From positions 1 through 36,671 of the IMG/VR virus record IMGVR_UViG_3300042244_000017: a stretch of DNA of 36,671 nt; one strand, 5' to 3'. Position numbers and translations under genes: made by a program. The notes beneath the pieces were generated by a model. The model did not search any database, was not told the origin of the DNA, and was given only the letters and a program-made list of their open reading frames with translations. Shown one piece after another: positions 33,177-36,671 of the stretch; within the stretch, counting starts at the first letter, position 1, and every line of letters starts with the position of its first letter. This stretch comes from a virus (lineage: Duplodnaviria > Caudoviricetes).

Positions 33177-33853
33177 TTCTTGCCCCCTTCGGCCTTCCGG
33201 TTTTCGACCTTGTGATCTGCACGCTGGCGATTGAAGGCCCGCTTGGCTTCGATAATCTCGAACAAGGGGATGCCCTTGATGCCGCAGAGTGCAATGATGC
33301 GGAAGAGAGCCAGGGTCAGGTAGTAGCGCGCGACGCTAACCTTATTGCGACGATAACCCTCATCAAGAGCCTTCGCCAGCGCACCAACGACCCTGAGAAC
33401 CATGACGCGCTTTCCGTAAGCGCCCACCATAGAGTCCCATTCCGAGGCAACGGTGAGAGCGGGTTGCCCCTCGCACTGCGTCACCAGAGGCCATTTGCCG
33501 CCGCGCCGCTGCTCGGCGCCGATTTGGTCGAGAATACGGATAGCGCAGTCGGCGACCTCGACCCCGAAACCCTCGTATTGGGGCAGTTTGTCGTCCATGA
33601 GGTTGCCGTCAAAGGCGTCGATCGCTTCGTCGAGTTCGGTGACGGCGAGCATCAGCATTTCGCCACGGTTGCGGGTTTCGAGCAGATCGGAGCCGTCTTC
33701 GAGGTTCGTCCACCATCCGGCTGTGACATTTTCGCGGTGGATGTCCACGGCCAATTTGTCGAGGCCGAGCAGCAGTTCCTTGTGATCCCGCACCACATTC
33801 GCGACGACGATCTCGCCTTCGTGCTGTGTCGGCCCTCTGAAAATCAGTGTCAT
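33170..33853 (-). CDS. MazG-like NTP pyrophosphohydrolase with two tandem helical units
   Basis: 'LAVTELDEAIDA...DDKLP...VEVADCAIRILD', a degenerate second unit, and 'AKRAFNRQRADHK'. Confidence 0.75.
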   Translation of the reverse strand: MTLIFRGPTQHEGEIVVANVVRDHKELLLGLDKLAVDIHRENVTAGWWTNLEDGSDLLETRNRGEMLMLAVTELDEAIDAFDGNLMDDKLPQYEGFGVEVADCAIRILDQIGAEQRRGGKWPLVTQCEGQPALTVASEWDSMVGAYGKRVMVLRVVGALAKALDEGYRRNKVSVARYYLTLALFRIIALCGIKGIPLFEIIEAKRAFNRQRADHKVENRKAEGGKKC

Positions 33854-33908
33854 ATTCCGTCCCTTTGATGCGTCGAGAATCAGGTGATAACGCAGTTCTC
33901 GATCGAGT

Positions 33909-33923
33909 TCACTAAGAAGTTGA
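33909..33923. promoter_or_regulatory. 15-bp operator-like motif
   Basis: TCACTAAGAAGTTGA upstream of the MazG-like gene. Confidence 0.7.
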
Positions 33924-33931
33924 AGTCATAT

Positions 33932-34252
33932 TCAATCAAAGACCAGATCAGGGCCGCCCGACTTCCGGTAGGCGGCAAAATCGCTCTTTGACGGCTTGAT
34001 TTTGTGCGACCGAACCATCCGGGGAGCCGGGAGATCGCGAACGGCGCGGCGCTGGGCTTCGGCCTGGGCTTCGGCAAAACTGGTCGGCAAAAAGGGATTG
34101 TGTGGCTGGTTCCCCATTTCAATCACAATTTCAGACAGCTTGCGCGTGACGATATTGGCAAAGCGCTGGCTGTAAGAGGGGGTGAAACCTGCAATTCGAA
34201 GACCATTATTGCGGGTAATCTGCCGTCGAACTTGGCGGGAGGGATTGTTCAT
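33932..34252 (-). CDS. Hypothetical basic protein
   Basis: ATG 34252 with AAGGA SD (MNNPSRQVRRQ...). Confidence 0.6.
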   Translation of the reverse strand: MNNPSRQVRRQITRNNGLRIAGFTPSYSQRFANIVTRKLSEIVIEMGNQPHNPFLPTSFAEAQAEAQRRAVRDLPAPRMVRSHKIKPSKSDFAAYRKSGGPDLVFD

Positions 34253-34262
34253 ATTGAGTTCC

Positions 34263-34484
34263 TTACTGCTTGGTGAAATAACCGGGGCGAAGCTGGCCGC
34301 GCCGCTTTCGGGGGATGGCATAGAGGTATTCGATACCGGCCTCGCGGCGGGTCGCCATTTCGATCAGGCCAAATTCGTAATCAGAGCGAGCCGCTTCAAT
34401 CGCGCGGCTGGCTTGGCCGCTATTGGGCCAAGCGGTGCCGCTGCGTTTCTCGGCAATCACATATTGGGGGAGGTGTTGAGTCAT
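34263..34484 (-). CDS. Hypothetical protein
   Basis: 73 aa with AGGTGA SD; fits the operon spacing. Confidence 0.6.
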   Translation of the reverse strand: MTQHLPQYVIAEKRSGTAWPNSGQASRAIEAARSDYEFGLIEMATRREAGIEYLYAIPRKRRGQLRPGYFTKQ

Positions 34485-34488
34485 CTAT

Positions 34489-34503
34489 TCACCTAAAAGT
34501 TGA
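34489..34503. promoter_or_regulatory. 15-bp operator-like motif
   Basis: TCACCTAAAAGTTGA over the HD gene stop and the next SD. Confidence 0.7.
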
Positions 34504-35074
34504 GATTGGGAGCGAGTTTATCCGCAAATTTCAACGCCAGTTCGCGGTATCGTTCGAGGAAAACGGTTTCAGCCCTTTCGGGTGTAAGTCTCCCCAAGAA
34601 CAGATGCTGTTCATAATCGAGCGGTGGGACAATTCCTTCGAGAACGCTCCAATCGGAATAGTCACGCTTGAGATGAATTTTCTCGATCAGGAGCATTTGG
34701 AGATCGGCGTGCTTGACCTCGGGTGGCAGAGGGTAACGGAAACCAAACCGTGCGGCCATCGCGCTTTCGATCTTCTCTTCGAGTTCCTTGAAGACTGGCA
34801 CCGCGAACTTGAGCGGGGTCGGCAGATCATTGGTGAATGCTTCGGCAGTATCGTGCATCAGCGCGTCAAAGGCGAACTCTTCCGGCACGATCAGGCTGAC
34901 ATTCACCGCGTGCTGCGCGACCGAATAGAATCTGTGGATGTGGCCTGCGAACCGGCAGACCTTACTCAGAGCCGCAGCGATATCTTCGATCTTCACCTCG
35001 CATTTCTCCGGGGCGCCGTAGTCGAACAGCACCCCCGAGAGCAGGCGGATTCCGTGTCCCAATTCAACCGTCAT
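34493..35074 (-). CDS. HD-domain 5'-deoxynucleotidase-like hydrolase (YfbR/YfdR type)
   Basis: GGAGGA SD before ATG 35074; 'CRFAGH..FYSVAQH...LMHDTAEAF..DLPTPLK...VKHAD'. Confidence 0.88.
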   Translation of the reverse strand: MTVELGHGIRLLSGVLFDYGAPEKCEVKIEDIAAALSKVCRFAGHIHRFYSVAQHAVNVSLIVPEEFAFDALMHDTAEAFTNDLPTPLKFAVPVFKELEEKIESAMAARFGFRYPLPPEVKHADLQMLLIEKIHLKRDYSDWSVLEGIVPPLDYEQHLFLGRLTPERAETVFLERYRELALKFADKLAPNLNF

Positions 35075-35075
35075 G

Positions 35076-35783
35076 TCAGTTCCTCCTGATAGATGTGAAT
35101 GCCCGTTCATTTTGCAGACCGGGATTCAGCGCCACCCCATCTGCAACCGCGCGACCGCGGGCGTAGTCAGGCTCATAGTCCCGGCTGGCGCGAGCGTTGC
35201 TGTCCCGTAGTTTCAGACCCGCCTCGCTCATCGCCTGATCGATCAGTTGATGCCTCAACATCACAATCCCACGACCAGGTGGATACGGCGGTTTCAGGTC
35301 CCTAATCCTCTCCCGCAGTCGATCGGCCATGCCGTCGAGGAAAGGCGCGATCCGACGCCGCCGCGCACTATCACGCAACAGCCGATAATCGTGCTCCAAG
35401 TGCGCCAGTTTGCTCCCCATCGCCGACCGGCAGATATCAAGCAAATAGCCAACGATCTCTACCTCGTGGTCGAAGCCAAAGAACGAAACGGTCGCCTTGG
35501 CTCCCGGTGGCGAGCACCAGTATCGCACCTCAATCATGTAGGCGATTCCGTCGGCGATCTTCCACAAACGGGCACCGACCGGATCGTCAACGACGGTTTC
35601 AGACTGTGCGAACTGGTTTTCTCTGAGATCGCATTCCTCGATCGAGAGGTTGTATTTGGCGAGCAACTGAGCGACCATCGCTGCGGCTGCCGCAGCCTCT
35701 TCCTCGGTGCAACCGTTCTCGACGGTCTTCTGCCGAAGCGCGCGGATGCGGGCTGCAATCTTCTGTTTCTCGGCGTTCTTCAC
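35076..35783 (-). CDS. DUF2786-family protein
   Basis: N-terminal 'RIRALRQKT..GCTEEEAAAAAAMVAQLLAKYNLS', 'FLDGM', C-terminal 'YARGR'. Confidence 0.78.
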   Translation of the reverse strand: MKNAEKQKIAARIRALRQKTVENGCTEEEAAAAAAMVAQLLAKYNLSIEECDLRENQFAQSETVVDDPVGARLWKIADGIAYMIEVRYWCSPPGAKATVSFFGFDHEVEIVGYLLDICRSAMGSKLAHLEHDYRLLRDSARRRRIAPFLDGMADRLRERIRDLKPPYPPGRGIVMLRHQLIDQAMSEAGLKLRDSNARASRDYEPDYARGRAVADGVALNPGLQNERAFTSIRRN

Positions 35784-35953
35784 AGATATTTCTCCGAGAT
35801 GCGGATCACCAATTTCATCGGGACAATGTGATAATAGACCACCCTCCCGTAGCGCCGCCCATCGCCCGAATAGCGACCGGGGTTAGGGGTGGTCAGGATG
35901 TGCCAAGCGGCCCAAAGCCTGCCGCGCAGGGTGAGTTTTGGAACACGCCCCAT
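35780..35953 (-). CDS. Small hypothetical protein (57 aa, absent from the ORF track)
   Basis: TGATG overlap upstream and GTGA overlap downstream; MGRVPKLTLRGRLWAAWHIL... Confidence 0.65.
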   Translation of the reverse strand: MGRVPKLTLRGRLWAAWHILTTPNPGRYSGDGRRYGRVVYYHIVPMKLVIRISEKYL

Positions 35954-36219
35954 CACTTGACCCGCCAGCAGCGGGCTACGCCTTGCTCGCGCTCAGTGCG
36001 AACGCGAAACGCCTGCCCATGTGTTTTTCTCCGCCGATTACCAGCGCAAGAGAGCAAGCATACCACTCGGTCGCTACCACCTGGTCCAATTTCACCGGAC
36101 AACGGTAGAGTGAAGCTGTCTCCCACTTCCATCTCGTCGAAGGGATACTTGCGTTTGCGACCGCCCGTGCTTGGTGGTGGGATCGGGACACCCTTTTCAA
36201 TTGGTGGCAGCCCGCTCAT
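35953..36219 (-). CDS. Small conserved phage protein, probably DNA-binding
   Basis: 'IEKGVPIP...KYPFDEMEVGDSF...RCWRVK' is a familiar phage pattern. Confidence 0.75.
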   Translation of the reverse strand: MSGLPPIEKGVPIPPPSTGGRKRKYPFDEMEVGDSFTLPLSGEIGPGGSDRVVCLLSCAGNRRRKTHGQAFRVRTEREQGVARCWRVK

Positions 36220-36524
36220 CGTGCGTTCTCCGCCAGGACGCGATCAAGGGCTTCGGCGGCATAGGCGACCCTTGGATCGATTGTAGGCGCATGGACGAGT
36301 TGTGCCCGCAGCAGATCGCGCGCTGCGGCGGCGATGCGGCGGCGCTTCTCCAAGTCCCGGTTGTTCGCATTGAGCAGTTCGAGCACCCGGCTGTTGTGCT
36401 TCTCGCGCGGCACGGCGTCACCATCTAGCTGATCGAGCAAGTCTTCCCTTAACTGGTCGAGCACCACGAGAATCAGATACGTGGCTAAACCGATCGCGAT
36501 GGGGATTGTCAAAACCAACATCAC
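36216..36524 (-). CDS. Hypothetical membrane-anchored protein
   Basis: N-terminal TM segment followed by coiled coil. Confidence 0.6.
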   Translation of the reverse strand: MMLVLTIPIAIGLATYLILVVLDQLREDLLDQLDGDAVPREKHNSRVLELLNANNRDLEKRRRIAAAARDLLRAQLVHAPTIDPRVAYAAEALDRVLAENAR

Positions 36525-36667
36525 ACAGACCTTATTGTTGAGGGTTGATATTGGGGACGAACTTCGGCGAACGTGCGCCCGTCGGCCCGCCTGATCGGCC
36601 AGTTCGAATTGTTGCCATTCCGGCGTTGGGTCGCGAGCGGTGCGGCCTGTCTGATAGGAACTTTCAT
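36521..36667 (-). CDS. Small hypothetical protein, possibly 5'-truncated
   Basis: MKVPIRQAAP...; its stop overlaps the next start. Confidence 0.4.
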   Translation of the reverse strand: MKVPIRQAAPLATQRRNGNNSNWPIRRADGRTFAEVRPQYQPSTIRSV

Positions 36668-36671
36668 TACG

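Larger units (their letters stand above)
339..36671. mobile_element. Prophage (Chi-like/lambdoid siphovirus architecture), truncated by the right window edge
   Basis: Integrase directly after the tRNA, then complete terminase-head-tail-lysis modules and a convergent early gene cluster. attR and the replication module are not in the window. Confidence 0.93.

Noticed and set aside
1727-34503. The 15-bp motif as a known host regulator site
   Set aside because: It does not match CtrA (TTAA-N7-TTAA), alphaproteobacterial LexA (GTTC-N7-GTTC), FNR/FixK (TTGAT-N4-ATCAA) or CRP (TGTGA-N6-TCACA).
33170-35074. dZ-genome pathway (DatZ plus MazZ)
   Set aside because: No PurZ in the window; HD and MazG-like genes are common in ordinary phages.
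1-36671. CRISPR array or IS element
   Set aside because: No regularly spaced repeats with spacers, no cas gene and no transposase seen.

Overview
Left ~36 kb of a temperate siphovirus prophage with a Chi-like/lambdoid head and tail, inserted just downstream of a tRNA-Gln(CTG). The host is probably an alphaproteobacterium (GapR homologue, high GC). The + strand carries a P4-type integrase, AlpA, a C5 DNA methyltransferase, terminase, head, tail (with a -1 frameshifted chaperone), an SGNH-esterase/SPRY tail protein, a lysis cassette and a T5 A1-like metallophosphoesterase. The - strand carries early/accessory genes: an amino-MTase, GapR, a dNMP kinase-like protein, a MazG-like protein, an HD hydrolase, DUF2786 and small ORFs. 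The prophage runs past the right edge (no replication genes, repressor or attR seen). Three features are not explained by routine annotation. (1) The C5 MTase locus is dual-coded: a +1-frame ORF supplies motif IX and four tandem WxTP target-recognition-like cassettes, suggesting a split, possibly multispecific MTase. (2) A short [I/L/S][D/G/E]DLL-type peptide sits at the termini of about ten unrelated proteins. (3) A 15-bp TCAAC-N6-GTGA quasi-palindrome occupies most intergenic gaps on both arms. All family calls come from motif recognition by eye; no searches were run.
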